Shown: piece by piece, positions 8,919 to 19,601 of the stretch
Layout of the letters: each line of letters begins with the position of its first letter
Numbering within the stretch: position 1 is the stretch's first letter
From: a virus
Taxonomy: Duplodnaviria > Caudoviricetes
Virus record (IMG/VR): IMGVR_UViG_3300005805_000071
Location: 1 to 64,000 of that record
Strand: one strand, 5' to 3'
Length of the DNA: 64,000 nucleotides
The notes under the pieces: model-generated
Seen by the model: only the letters and a program-made list of their open reading frames with translations
The model's database searches: none
What the model was told of the DNA's origin: nothing
Translations under genes and position numbers: made by a program

Positions 8919-10192
8919 CTCTGCTCCAACCAGTTTAGTACAGCGACAGCAGCTTTGTTTGTGTTTGGTGATGCACAGACAAGAGTGTAAACATCACTCA
9001 CAGTTCCCAAAGAACTTCTGCCGAGTTGTAGTGATGCTTGTTTATCCAACTCAATCAAACTAGATCCACCACCGATAGTAAATCCACCCAACAGAGTGGT
9101 GCCTCCTGTATAAGCAGTAGCACTAATATCATATTGAGTAAAGATATTTGTGTCGGTTGGGTCGGTCCAAACTGCTCCAGTGAGAGTTGGGTTTTCAATC
9201 AATCTCCAAAATACATTCGTGTTGTCATTCGTAGCAACCTGAAGAGATCTTGGAAGAACTACACCTTGTAATGCTGTTGATTTGAGACGAATACTAATGA
9301 CTGGATAATATGTATTAGCAGCCGTTAGTGTGGTGCCAGTAATAGCATTACTACGACTTACAAGATTACCGAGTTTCTCTGGTTCTCCTTCTTGGATAAG
9401 TGAGTTGGAACCTTGATAGAGATAATGAGTTCCAGCGGCACCACCAGTATTCTCTAACTCCAAACGGATGGGAAGGAATGGAGTAGCACACCAAACACGA
9501 TCAATATTATTAGCATTATTGAACTTGTGAATGACGTGAGTTTCTCCATCAATCACAAAACTGAAAATAACTTGACCCGCACCATACCACTCATAATCAA
9601 TATTGATTAGTTGTTGAGTAGTTGGTGATGCTGTGATTTGACTTGGACCAGTTCCATCTAACTTATCACCATTCCAATCTTCTCTAGCAACTCTTCTTTC
9701 TACTACGGTGCCAGTTGCTTTACTACGAATAACACAGTAGTAGTTTCCATCTCCACCATCTTCAAAGAACACTCCATCGTTATCGTTGAAAACACCAAAC
9801 CTTCTACGAACACCTGTTACTGGTGCTTCCAAACGAATACCAAAAGAACACTGTGTTGCTCTGCCTGGAATATAACGCATCACAGTTCTGGTCTGACGGA
9901 TCACCTTATCTCCAACATTACTTCCAACTGACATAATCACGTTAGAAGCATTTGGGTTGTGAACTGCCGAAGCAGTGCCAGTTGTGGCAGTATCCCAGTT
10001 ATCGGTTTCTAAACCATACTGGAAGGTATTAAAGAATGTTGTTTGGTATGGAGATACCTTTAATCTATTCTTAGATGAAAACTGAGGTCTCCAATCTGTT
10101 TGTTCTCCCCAGTGATCAGCAATATTTACAACTTCAAATAAGGATCTTTCTTGATTTAGAAAGTCCTGCGTATTCTTGTTCCACTGTGCCAT
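8915..10192 (-). CDS. Hypothetical protein, beta-rich, probably virion-associated
   Basis: 425-aa ORF in the late operon between gp16 and gp17; no recognised family. Confidence 0.75.
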   Translation of the reverse strand: MAQWNKNTQDFLNQERSLFEVVNIADHWGEQTDWRPQFSSKNRLKVSPYQTTFFNTFQYGLETDNWDTATTGTASAVHNPNASNVIMSVGSNVGDKVIRQTRTVMRYIPGRATQCSFGIRLEAPVTGVRRRFGVFNDNDGVFFEDGGDGNYYCVIRSKATGTVVERRVAREDWNGDKLDGTGPSQITASPTTQQLINIDYEWYGAGQVIFSFVIDGETHVIHKFNNANNIDRVWCATPFLPIRLELENTGGAAGTHYLYQGSNSLIQEGEPEKLGNLVSRSNAITGTTLTAANTYYPVISIRLKSTALQGVVLPRSLQVATNDNTNVFWRLIENPTLTGAVWTDPTDTNIFTQYDISATAYTGGTTLLGGFTIGGGSSLIELDKQASLQLGRSSLGTVSDVYTLVCASPNTNKAAVAVLNWLEQR

Positions 10193-10194
10193 TA

Positions 10195-10524
10195 TTAGAA
10201 TGCCCCATACTTATGAGCTGATGAATCAACGTTTAATCTATTAGATTTGGTAATATTAACCTTTGGTTTCTGTGGTGGATAGATCTGCTGAACCATCGCA
10301 CCAGGATACTGTTCCTGAAGCATCCATGTCAAATCACCATGATTGGGAATTCCATCTTCAGAAATTATTTCTATACGAAATAACTCACCATTATAGATGA
10401 TATCTGCACTGTAAGTTTCTCCTACTGGTTCTGCATTTTTACCATCAGAATGCACATGAAGAGTTCCGTTGAAATCTCCAGCAATATTTACTGATTCGGA
10501 TAAGAATTGTTTGTAAGACTTCAT
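10195..10524 (-). CDS. Hypothetical protein
   Basis: Probable start MKSYKQFLSES at 10524, just after the upstream stop. The K.F..FL.E start is common in T4-like late genes. Confidence 0.7.
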   Translation of the reverse strand: MKSYKQFLSESVNIAGDFNGTLHVHSDGKNAEPVGETYSADIIYNGELFRIEIISEDGIPNHGDLTWMLQEQYPGAMVQQIYPPQKPKVNITKSNRLNVDSSAHKYGAF

Positions 10525-10525
10525 A

Positions 10526-11056
10526 TCAGCCTCCAACAATTTGGACTTCTTCTACAACGATGTTTGCAGCACCAGCAGTAATTTTGATACATCTGTGTAC
10601 ATGACCTTGTTCTCCGCCAGCATAAACATAATCAGATGCAGCTGCAGATGAATCAATATCAGTAGTGATTGTATTGCTAGTGGTAGCAGTAATTACTTTA
10701 CCTGAAGATGCAGCAGACTCAAACTCAATACCGATAATACCAGAATAAGGAGCGCATGTTTCAATGTAATCTCCAACACTGAACGGATGAGTATTACCAG
10801 TTAGACCAACGCCGCCATCGCCTAAAGTATATACTGCAGTTTCAGAATCAGTTGCCCTCGTAATTCCAGCTCTTCCAGGATTAGCACCTTTCAATAAAAC
10901 TGATTCACCTGCTAGTAATGTGATAGCAGGACCATTATTAAATTGAACGGTAGATGCTGAAGTAGCACTCACTCTGTAAATACCAGTATTCACTCTCAGA
11001 TACGATTCTCCTGCCGCAGAGATGGTGTTTGTATTTAATACGTTTAAAACGGACAT
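10526..11056 (-). CDS. Hypothetical protein (likely structural)
   Basis: 176-aa ORF preceded by CTAAATA at 11091-11097. Confidence 0.7.
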   Translation of the reverse strand: MSVLNVLNTNTISAAGESYLRVNTGIYRVSATSASTVQFNNGPAITLLAGESVLLKGANPGRAGITRATDSETAVYTLGDGGVGLTGNTHPFSVGDYIETCAPYSGIIGIEFESAASSGKVITATTSNTITTDIDSSAAASDYVYAGGEQGHVHRCIKITAGAANIVVEEVQIVGG

Positions 11057-11089
11057 TTCAATACCCCAAAAATAATTCTTTCCTATACT

Positions 11090-11491
11090 TTATTTAGTTT
11101 CTTTTGAGTTTTGCTTGAGAAGTTTTGCCAATTCTGATGTTGATCCAACAAACATAGTATTATTAACTGTAGTAGGACTTGATCTAGGTTTCTCATCGAT
11201 ATCTTTCATCTTTTTCTGGAGGTCGATTAATTTGTCAGTAACATCCGCCACATTCTTGATGAGTTGTCCAGCAACTTCATATGCTCTAGGGTGATCTGAA
11301 CTTCTAGCAACATCAAGAATACCGTCAATGGCTTCTTGACCTTTCATGACAAGATTGTGCAACTGTGCTCTAGTTACTTCATAATCTTGTTGTATTTCTG
11401 GTTTTTGTGATTGTGGAACTTCCTTTGGCGATTCAATAATCTCAGTTGGTTCCACATCAAAAACTTGGTCTAATCCATCATAAGTGCTCAT
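11090..11491 (-). CDS. gp16: Terminase small subunit gp16
   Basis: DYEVTRAQL...HPRAYEVAGQLIK...NNTMFVGSTSELAKLLK, the T4 gp16 family pattern. Confidence 0.93.
   Translation of the reverse strand: MSTYDGLDQVFDVEPTEIIESPKEVPQSQKPEIQQDYEVTRAQLHNLVMKGQEAIDGILDVARSSDHPRAYEVAGQLIKNVADVTDKLIDLQKKMKDIDEKPRSSPTTVNNTMFVGSTSELAKLLKQNSKETK
11091..11097 (-). promoter_or_regulatory. Late promoter CTAAATA
   Basis: Overlaps the gp16 stop, upstream of ORF 10526-11056. Confidence 0.7.
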
Positions 11492-12270
11492 ATTGGTTCA
11501 TCCTGTCCTGTGTTTGGGTTCCATTTTTGTATGTCAGTAAATTCTGAGAACACCTCATTAAATCCAAAATCATCTCCAGATTCAGCATCAATAGGATCTG
11601 GTTCAACAGTATATCTTTGAACTCTTGGTGCATTTACTTGATCCATAGATGCATATGTATCTGTAATAACTTTTCTGATTTGTGTTAGATCTCTTACTGG
11701 TCCATACACGTATGTTTTTGCAGTAAACTTTAATGTATAGATAAGAGTTCTTCTTTGGTCAATGTCTCCATCATAATCATCTCTATAAGTTACACTATCA
11801 AGATTGACAATAATATCTTTTGACTCACTAACCTCTGGAAGCATATTGATAGTTATGCTATAAGATGGTTGGAAGAATGGAAGAATTTGCTCAACAATCT
11901 GTAAAGCATCATCTTGATTTTTTGACAAAATATTCAATTCAAAATCTAAATTGTATGGAACTGGCATGAAAGATTTTTTATCATCAACTCTAACAACTTG
12001 AGTTGGTGCAACTTTTCTTGATGTATCGTATGTAATACCAGTTAATTCAAATGCAATTCTGGGAAGTGTAATCTGAATTTTTGCTTGCTGTGGATCTGGA
12101 GTTTGTCTTAATCTTGCAAGATATTTTTCTGCAGGACCGTATGCCAAGGGAACTTTCATTACCTCAGTTTTATCATTTGAAACTCTTCTTAATTGAATAT
12201 TATTAAAAAGAGTTCCAAAACCAACGATGGTTTTTTTAAATATTTCGTGATAAAAATAAGTCCCTAACAT
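11488..12270 (-). CDS. gp15: Tail terminator / sheath stabiliser gp15
   Basis: MLGTYFYHEI, VPLAYGP, LPRIAFE and QIVEQILPFFQP motifs. Confidence 0.93.
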   Translation of the reverse strand: MLGTYFYHEIFKKTIVGFGTLFNNIQLRRVSNDKTEVMKVPLAYGPAEKYLARLRQTPDPQQAKIQITLPRIAFELTGITYDTSRKVAPTQVVRVDDKKSFMPVPYNLDFELNILSKNQDDALQIVEQILPFFQPSYSITINMLPEVSESKDIIVNLDSVTYRDDYDGDIDQRRTLIYTLKFTAKTYVYGPVRDLTQIRKVITDTYASMDQVNAPRVQRYTVEPDPIDAESGDDFGFNEVFSEFTDIQKWNPNTGQDEPI

Positions 12271-13430
12271 TAGAATCTGTCTCCCATATTTCCATATTCA
12301 CCAAACGGATTATCTTCTGTGAAATCAACAATAAGATCTCCTTTGACTTCAAAGTATTTATTTTGTGCTCCTTCAATTTCTCCCATAGTATATGAATCTA
12401 GAATATTAATTGTTCTTGATGTTCCAGACGTTACACCAACAACCGTTTCATTATCGCTAAATTCTCCTGTCAAATTATTTAGACGTAATTTTCTAGTGGT
12501 CGGATTCCAAGAAACAACCTCACCATAAGGTCTTTCGGGTGAAGGTTCTAAAGTAAATGATGGTGCCGATGTGTATCCAGAACCAGGATTTAATGTTACA
12601 CCTGTAATTTGTCCAGCATCATTTACTTGCACAACTCCAGTTGCTTGAGTTCCTCCAGCTGGAGGTGCTGAAAAAGTGATCGTTGGTGGATCTAGTGGAT
12701 CGTATCCATCTCCAGTATCCCATACTGTAAATCCTAAAGTCCAATCTACGTGAGTATATGCTATTGATGCATCGTGACTTGCTCCATATACAGTTTCTCC
12801 AACTGTATAATTTCCAGTACCACCAGAAGCAAAGGTTAGATCTAATGTGTATCCATCTTCATCTTCAATTATATCCACTTCTTCAATTCCAGATTCCAAA
12901 TCTTCATGACTATACTGGAATAGTTCACATTTAAGTTCCCATACATATCCTCTTCCAAGTTGATAGAATGGTTTTTCATGCTCAACAAAACTAATTTGAT
13001 ATAAGTCACTTGCCCATGGAGCCCAGATTAAATCTCCCTCATTAGGTCTTCCTTCAACTATCAGATTTGCACTATCATCTACTAGTTGTGTAAAACGTCT
13101 TTTAGAAATGACAAACGTAGTTTTGTCCTCAATACGAATACCAAATTTACTTAGTAAATCCCCTTGTCCTTCCCATCCATCTACAGTATTGCAATATGCT
13201 CTAACTAAATAATTACCTTCAAATTTGGACATTGTATCTTCATTGAAGAGTTGATCTTCTTTCACCAAAGATCTTGGGATATAATAAACATCTTGACCGT
13301 AGATATCTATTGATTCTGTTATCAAATCCGAAAGAAGATTTTGTTCTCCAACTGTTCCATTTAGTCTAAGTCTACAACTTGGAACTGGATCTGGACTTTG
13401 AGTGCAACTAGATTCTGTGTGATTTGACAT
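12270..13430 (-). CDS. gp14: Neck protein gp14 with an internal insertion
   Basis: ESIDIYGQDVYYIPR, GDLLSKFGI and PNEGDLI motifs; C-terminal DFTEDNPFGE. Confidence 0.92.
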   Translation of the reverse strand: MSNHTESSCTQSPDPVPSCRLRLNGTVGEQNLLSDLITESIDIYGQDVYYIPRSLVKEDQLFNEDTMSKFEGNYLVRAYCNTVDGWEGQGDLLSKFGIRIEDKTTFVISKRRFTQLVDDSANLIVEGRPNEGDLIWAPWASDLYQISFVEHEKPFYQLGRGYVWELKCELFQYSHEDLESGIEEVDIIEDEDGYTLDLTFASGGTGNYTVGETVYGASHDASIAYTHVDWTLGFTVWDTGDGYDPLDPPTITFSAPPAGGTQATGVVQVNDAGQITGVTLNPGSGYTSAPSFTLEPSPERPYGEVVSWNPTTRKLRLNNLTGEFSDNETVVGVTSGTSRTINILDSYTMGEIEGAQNKYFEVKGDLIVDFTEDNPFGEYGNMGDRF

Positions 13431-13434
13431 AGGA

Positions 13435-14241
13435 TTAACCGATTAAATCCATTGGTGGTAATTCAAAAGTGTCTCTTAGTTCTTCCTTGAGATCTTTTAA
13501 TTCTTGCTTTGCTTCTTCGAGGATTTTTCTTCCATTTAAGGTAACACCACCTAACATTTGAATGCCATCATATTTGCTTAAATTTTGTCCCCACTGTTCT
13601 TTAAACAACGCAGTAGCATAATCTTTTAACCAGTGCTCATTCCAAGTCTTTGGATATAAATCTGGATCGACACCCATGATGCAATCAACAACAATATATT
13701 CACCAACACCTAGTTCTGACCAGTCAATATCTACATATAATTTATTTGTATTTGCAGTATATCTCAATCTCTTGTATAGTCTTGAATTAGTAACCCAGTC
13801 TAAGGTTTCAAGATAGTTCTGCACCATATAATAGTGTAGAATTTGATTATTGGTGAATGCATAGATGTCATTCAAAAATAACTGATATTTAATATTAAAT
13901 ATATTACCTGGGATAGACGAAGATGCACTAACTTGAGTGAACACATTATCTACTCCCTGAACACCAGGAGGAAGTTCAACGTAAGGATTTGATTCCAACC
14001 AATCTGTTCCAGCAATAGCAGAAGAACTAGTAGCCACAGTTTTCATATTCTCTGTAACTTCTATTTTAATTAAAGATCTGTATGATCCCTCATAGTGGAA
14101 TTCTTGATAGTGACTCACTGCTTCATCGATAAGATCATCAAGTTGCTCATCACAAACATTAATGTCAATAGCAGGGTATCCAAGTCTTCTTAGACACCAT
14201 GCTTTAAATTCTGCTCTAGTTTCTGGTTTTGATGCTGACAT
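13435..14241 (-). CDS. gp13: Neck protein gp13
   Basis: LRRLGYPAIDINV and WGQNLSKYDGIQMLGGVTLNG motifs. Confidence 0.93.
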   Translation of the reverse strand: MSASKPETRAEFKAWCLRRLGYPAIDINVCDEQLDDLIDEAVSHYQEFHYEGSYRSLIKIEVTENMKTVATSSSAIAGTDWLESNPYVELPPGVQGVDNVFTQVSASSSIPGNIFNIKYQLFLNDIYAFTNNQILHYYMVQNYLETLDWVTNSRLYKRLRYTANTNKLYVDIDWSELGVGEYIVVDCIMGVDPDLYPKTWNEHWLKDYATALFKEQWGQNLSKYDGIQMLGGVTLNGRKILEEAKQELKDLKEELRDTFELPPMDLIG

Positions 14242-14255
14242 TTGCTAGTTCCTCC

Positions 14256-17200
14256 TTACCATGCGGTTGCGTCATATGCGATTCTCTTCCAACTATTTGT
14301 AGCAATGCAAATGTAAACATAGTTCGCATCATAACGAATTTCTCCTGTAGTTCCAGCAGCGGTAGATGATGTTGGTGCCGCTGCAGATGAAATTCCAGAA
14401 GTTCTTGTTGAAGTGTCTGCATTACCAGTTACATTACCAGTTACATTACCAGTTACATTACCAGATAAAGTTGCTGTAATTGTACCTGCTGTAAAATTAC
14501 CAGATGCATCTCTGGAAACAATAGTATTTGCAGAATTGTTTGGAGATGCATTTGAAGTAATTGTTGGATTACCAGAAATTCCATCTCCATTTGTAATTGA
14601 AATACCAATACCAGATGCAACAACACTTCTAGTTGCAGCAGTTCCAGTTGCAGTTCTAACAATCAATCCAGTTGTAGTTAATCCTGCAACTGCGGTTAAA
14701 TCCGAATCTAATGGTTGAGCATCAGTAATTCCATAACCAGATAGAGTTGTTGGATTTGTTCCTGAAGTTACCAAACCCTTGGCATTAATAGTCACAGATC
14801 TATATGTTCCTGCAGTTGCAACAGTGGCAAGAGTTAATGCAGTAGAAGCATTTGCAGAACCATTGACGTTCATTGAACCAGTAGCATCTCCAGTGAAGGA
14901 GAGAGTTCTAGTTGATGTCCACTGTCTAGCATCTCTAACAGTACCAACGATATCTGCATTATTAAATGTGGCAGTTGCGTTTACAGTTAGAGTATCACCG
15001 ACAGCATTACCGATGATAGTGTTTCCTCTAACAGTTAGATTACCTTCTGTTAAAATACTACCATCAGAAGATCCAACACTAAACTGAGTTGAAGTACCAT
15101 CCGTAATTATGAAATCTTCACCTGCACCAGCAGATCCGTTAATTGTTATTCCAGCGTTAGCAGTGATTAAACCAGTAACACCTAAAGTTGAAGATAATGT
15201 AGTTACCCCAGTAACTCCTAAAGTTCCAGTAATAGTTGCATTTGTACCAACTCTCAATTGCTTAGCAATTGCTACACCGCCAGCAGTAGAAATTGATGCA
15301 TTAGTATCAGTTGCGGTAGATGCATCAGTAGTATTAGTCTGTCTAATAACACCAGAATAAGTCTGTGTTCCTTGATAATCAATACCACCTTGATAAACAG
15401 CTGCTCCATATACTTTAAGATCACCATTAACAACAAAGTTTTCACCAATATGAGCACCACCAGTAACTTGTAAAGCGCCTGCTAGTGAGGGAATCGAAGC
15501 TCCGTTTGGAATTGTTCTTCCTGTTGCATTAGTAATAGTTGTTATTCCAGTAATACTAGTTGCATCGTCAATAGTAGTTGTTCCACCAGCAGAGTCAATT
15601 GTAAGGTTACCTGAAGAGGTATCAATTTCATTGTCACTAGCAATTCCAATACGAATATTGTCAATTGTAGCACCACCATTGGCATCAAGTAATCCAGTTA
15701 AAGTTGTCGATCCACCAACATTTAAATTTTCTGAAATTCCAGTGCCACCAGTAACAATTAAAGTACCTGTGGTTGTTGAAGTGGATGAAGTACCAGTACT
15801 TAAACTTAATCTACCTGCAAATAATCTTGCATCAGTACCACCAAATACTTCAGAAGTATTACTAGCATTTTCTAAGAATCTATATCCTAATGAGGAATCA
15901 TCCCAACCAAAGAAACCTAGTTTTGCTGATACATCAAAGTATCTAAACTCAATACCACGATCCTTATTATCGTCCGATGCTGGTGCAGTATCTCCACCGA
16001 GAGTTAGGATAGGATCATCAACAGTAATAGTCGTCGCATTTACAGTTGTCGTTGTTCCATTTACGGTAAGATTTCCCGAAATAACTGTATTGGCATTTCT
16101 TATTGTGCAAGTTCCAGTTGTAGCTCCAATACTCAATGTAGTTGCGAAACCACCAAAGTTTATATTTGTTGTACCTGATGTATTGAGAAGATTGAACGTT
16201 GACTGAGTTGAATTTAAATCTCCACCATCAACTCCTAAATCACCAGTTAAAGTTGTATTTCCATTAACTCTTAACTGCCCACCGATTCCTACACCACCAG
16301 TTACGACAAGAGCACCATTACTGGTTGATGATGAGTCTGTAGAATTTGTAATCGATGTTACACCAGCAACTCCCAAAGTTCCACTAATAGAAGTATTACC
16401 TGATGCACCAAGTACGCTAAATTTAGCAGTATCTCCACTGTTTTTCTTGCCAACATAGAGACCTTCATTTGCTCCAGTACCACCAATATGAAGAGTAGTA
16501 CCAATACCAGCACCACCAGTTATTCTTGCGTTAGTTGTAGTATGAGTCGCATATGAAGGAGTATATGATGCGGTGGATCCAAGTGTAGAAGTATATCGAA
16601 CTTCTAGGTTGTTAACTCTCGAAGCAGTACCACCACTACCAGTATCTTTTAACTGTAGAGATCCATTTAAGTATAAGTTATTATTGAAAAGAGTATCTCC
16701 TTCAACATATCCACCACCATCAAATTTGAATGATCCGTAATCTCCACCACTGATCTCCCACGCACCAGTAGTGCCATTTTGGACTACTGTTGGAATATCA
16801 GTATTTTGGAAATAAACATAAGAACCAGATTGAGTAGTTAGATTACCAGTGAGAGTAGTTGCTCCAGTAACACCCAAAGTCGAACTTAATGTAGTTGCTC
16901 CAGTTACTCCTAATGTTCCAGAAATAGTAGTATTACCTGAAGAACTATCAACAACAAATTTGTCTACAGATGAAGCGTTTTGTATTTTAAATAATTCTGT
17001 TGCTGCTGTATTAGAACCAACAATCGTCACATTTTTGTTTAGTGTGACATTATCAGTAACGGTTACAGTTCCTTCAATTGTAGTATTACCAGTAGCAGAA
17101 TCTACTAAAAACTTAGTTACAGGAGTACCAGCACCATTAGTAATTCTGAAGTATTCGGTTGCTGCAGTTGTGTTACCAGCAATCGTTACACCATTATTAA

Positions 17201-19325
17201 ATGTAGCTAGATTAGTGACCCCTAGAGTGCCCTGTAAGGTAGTATTACCAGCAACATTCGCAGTTCCACCTACCCAAAGGTTCTCACTGATTCCAGTGCC
17301 ACCAGTTACTACCAGAGTACCTGTGGTTGTGCTAGTTGAACCAACGTTACTACTGAGGGCAAGGTTGCCAGCAATAAGACCAGCATCAGTACCAGTAAAG
17401 ACTTCAGAAGTATTTGTTGCATTGTAGAGGAAACGATAACCACCAGTAGTTCCTGCTAGAGTCGTATATGAATCATCCCAACCATAGAAACCTAAACGTG
17501 CTTCAGTATCATAATACTTGAACTCAACACCACGATCCTTATTATCATCTGTAGTTGGAGTTTGATCACCACCAAGAGTTAGAATAACATCATCAATGGT
17601 GATAGTTGTTGAATTTACAGTTGTCGTTGTTCCATCAACTTGAAGATTACCTTTGATTTGAACTGTACCAGTATCATCTCCAATTCCAGCTGGATCTAGA
17701 ACAATTGTAGAATTGGTGGAACTTAATACGTTGTTTGCAAAATAGAAATCTTCAACACGAACATCAGCACTAGAAGAAATTAATGAAATCTGCTGTGCAG
17801 CTGCAAGAGAAATAGTTGTATTAGTTGAAGTAATATCAATAGATTCATCAGCAGTAACTTCAATCTTTGCTTCACCTGTACCTGCATTATTGGCAGTTAA
17901 ACGAAGGAATCTATTAGATGCTGTATTTGCATTCATTAACAGAGTTAATGAACCAGCACGATTGATAGTTTGAATTGCGGTGCTGGTTTTATCTAAAGTA
18001 ATATCAGAGAAAATTGTTGAAGTTGTAGTATTAATATCTACATTATCATTAGCAGCAAGGCACTGAAGCAGAGGACTGCCCCCAGTAGTATTAACTGATA
18101 AATCGTTGATTGTGGTGATGCCGCGATAGCCAGTAGAAGCAGTAAGCTCATTATCGAGCTCGTAAGCAGTATAGGAATTTCCATCAGCAAAACGAATTTG
18201 ATTATTTTGAAGTTGAGTATTATCTACACCTGCCGCTGCAATAGTTACGTGTCCGTTAACATCTACATCAAAGTCTTCCTGATCGAACGATGCAAGACCC
18301 TTCTGACGGGTTGTAACTAGTCCTAGGTGTCTCCACGACACTGTTCCGTCTGAGGCATCTCCAGAGGTGTGTGAGGGGGCAGTAGCACCTGAAGTACCTG
18401 CGTTTAATGCTTGATATAATCTACCACCATTAGTAACTTTATCATAGCGAGAATATGAAGTTCCAGTTAACCATGCAGATGCAGTTGTTCCTTCTACTGC
18501 AGTTGCAATTGGATAATCTGTTGCAGCAGTAAATCTACCCCACTGGTCTACTGTAAATTGAGTTGCTTTAATTGTTTGAGTAGCACCTGCAATTGAAGGT
18601 GTATTGTAAGTTCCTGGGTTTACTGTTGTATTGATTAAATCTAAAGTTGGGTTACCCTGAACACCAGATCCATTAGTAACAGAAATTCTTCCTGCTGTAC
18701 CAGTTACAGATCTAGTAACAATATTACCATCAGAAACACGAGTAATAATACCTGTAGTAGTTAGGTCGGCAATTCCTTGAAGATCTCTGTCAAATGCTTG
18801 AGCAGATTCACCTTCAACTGTACCATCTAGATTATATTCAGCAATATTAGATGGATTTGATGCATTACTGATACGACCTTTTGAATCAACAGTTACTCTA
18901 GTATAAGTGCCACTACTGTTGATAGTACCATCGTAATGCGGAAGTGTTGTAACTAATTTTAAATCGGTGACAAGATTTAAGTTTGCAGATCCATCAAAAG
19001 TGGACGATGCTGTAATATCACCCGTTAAAGCAATTTGACGAGTGTTTGATAATCTTGTGGCAGTAGAAGCATTTCCAATTAAAGATGCTGTAATAGAACT
19101 TGCTTGGAAGTTTCCATCAGCATCTCTTTGTACTAGAGTATTTGGAGAGTTGGTTATTGATTCTAATGGTCTTTCATATCTCAAAGAACTCCATGGAGTA
19201 ATACCATCACCAATCTTTATACGACCAGTATCAATTTCAATTCCAAGTTCACCAATGGCTAACGTTGGGTTAACGTTTGACCACTCTTGAGCAGATCCTC
19301 TTCTTAATTGTATTCTATTTGCCAT
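14256..19325 (-). CDS. Long tail fibre / adhesin-like protein, 1689 aa
   Basis: Mtd/hyaluronidase-type N-terminus (RIQLRRGSAQEW..NPTLAIGELGIEIDTGRIKIGDG), Thr/Gly-rich beta repeats, internal duplicated blocks, and a WLTGTSY..YQAL..GTVSW carbohydrate-binding-like module. Confidence 0.8.
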   Translation of the reverse strand: MANRIQLRRGSAQEWSNVNPTLAIGELGIEIDTGRIKIGDGITPWSSLRYERPLESITNSPNTLVQRDADGNFQASSITASLIGNASTATRLSNTRQIALTGDITASSTFDGSANLNLVTDLKLVTTLPHYDGTINSSGTYTRVTVDSKGRISNASNPSNIAEYNLDGTVEGESAQAFDRDLQGIADLTTTGIITRVSDGNIVTRSVTGTAGRISVTNGSGVQGNPTLDLINTTVNPGTYNTPSIAGATQTIKATQFTVDQWGRFTAATDYPIATAVEGTTASAWLTGTSYSRYDKVTNGGRLYQALNAGTSGATAPSHTSGDASDGTVSWRHLGLVTTRQKGLASFDQEDFDVDVNGHVTIAAAGVDNTQLQNNQIRFADGNSYTAYELDNELTASTGYRGITTINDLSVNTTGGSPLLQCLAANDNVDINTTTSTIFSDITLDKTSTAIQTINRAGSLTLLMNANTASNRFLRLTANNAGTGEAKIEVTADESIDITSTNTTISLAAAQQISLISSSADVRVEDFYFANNVLSSTNSTIVLDPAGIGDDTGTVQIKGNLQVDGTTTTVNSTTITIDDVILTLGGDQTPTTDDNKDRGVEFKYYDTEARLGFYGWDDSYTTLAGTTGGYRFLYNATNTSEVFTGTDAGLIAGNLALSSNVGSTSTTTGTLVVTGGTGISENLWVGGTANVAGNTTLQGTLGVTNLATFNNGVTIAGNTTAATEYFRITNGAGTPVTKFLVDSATGNTTIEGTVTVTDNVTLNKNVTIVGSNTAATELFKIQNASSVDKFVVDSSSGNTTISGTLGVTGATTLSSTLGVTGATTLTGNLTTQSGSYVYFQNTDIPTVVQNGTTGAWEISGGDYGSFKFDGGGYVEGDTLFNNNLYLNGSLQLKDTGSGGTASRVNNLEVRYTSTLGSTASYTPSYATHTTTNARITGGAGIGTTLHIGGTGANEGLYVGKKNSGDTAKFSVLGASGNTSISGTLGVAGVTSITNSTDSSSTSNGALVVTGGVGIGGQLRVNGNTTLTGDLGVDGGDLNSTQSTFNLLNTSGTTNINFGGFATTLSIGATTGTCTIRNANTVISGNLTVNGTTTTVNATTITVDDPILTLGGDTAPASDDNKDRGIEFRYFDVSAKLGFFGWDDSSLGYRFLENASNTSEVFGGTDARLFAGRLSLSTGTSSTSTTTGTLIVTGGTGISENLNVGGSTTLTGLLDANGGATIDNIRIGIASDNEIDTSSGNLTIDSAGGTTTIDDATSITGITTITNATGRTIPNGASIPSLAGALQVTGGAHIGENFVVNGDLKVYGAAVYQGGIDYQGTQTYSGVIRQTNTTDASTATDTNASISTAGGVAIAKQLRVGTNATITGTLGVTGVTTLSSTLGVTGLITANAGITINGSAGAGEDFIITDGTSTQFSVGSSDGSILTEGNLTVRGNTIIGNAVGDTLTVNATATFNNADIVGTVRDARQWTSTRTLSFTGDATGSMNVNGSANASTALTLATVATAGTYRSVTINAKGLVTSGTNPTTLSGYGITDAQPLDSDLTAVAGLTTTGLIVRTATGTAATRSVVASGIGISITNGDGISGNPTITSNASPNNSANTIVSRDASGNFTAGTITATLSGNVTGNVTGNVTGNADTSTRTSGISSAAAPTSSTAAGTTGEIRYDANYVYICIATNSWKRIAYDATAW
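14421..14465. repeat. 12-bp tandem repeat (ATTACCAGTTAC x3 plus partial) encoding (GNVT)n
   Basis: Directly visible in the sequence. Confidence 0.9.
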
Positions 19326-19366
19326 TGGTAATTATCCCAAAGTATCCGTTACAATATCCCTTTATA

Positions 19367-19374
19367 TATTTATA
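19367..19374 (-). promoter_or_regulatory. Late promoter TATAAATA upstream of the fibre gene
   Basis: Exact consensus, immediately after the terminator. Confidence 0.85.
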
Positions 19375-19383
19375 AAAAAGAAG

Positions 19384-19399
19384 GGGGGCATATGCCCCC
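19384..19399 (-). terminator. Rho-independent terminator
   Basis: Palindrome GGGGGCATATGCCCCC followed on the minus strand by CTTCTTTTTT, just after the stop at 19404. Confidence 0.85.
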
Positions 19400-19403
19400 A
19401 AAA

Positions 19404-19601
19404 TCAGGATTCTACTTCATCCTCACTTTCTTCTTCATTTCCAAGGTATTCTAAAGCTTCAATTGCGCCTAAAAGTTTTAGCGCCACAGCTTCATTCTCT
19501 TTAATTTTTTGTGCTAATTGTTGATTTTCAGTGACGATAGATTGATATCTTTCACGAAATTGAGCAATTAATTCTTCTGGGGAAGATTTTTCAATTGACA
19601 T
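19404..19601 (-). CDS. Small coiled-coil hypothetical protein
   Basis: 65-aa ORF overlapping the upstream gene. Confidence 0.7.
   Translation of the reverse strand: MSIEKSSPEELIAQFRERYQSIVTENQQLAQKIKENEAVALKLLGAIEALEYLGNEEESEDEVES

Noticed and set aside
14413-19290. Several 70-190-aa plus-strand ORFs opposite the fibre gene
   Set aside because: Val/Pro-rich antisense shadows of Thr/Gly (ACN/GGN) codons.
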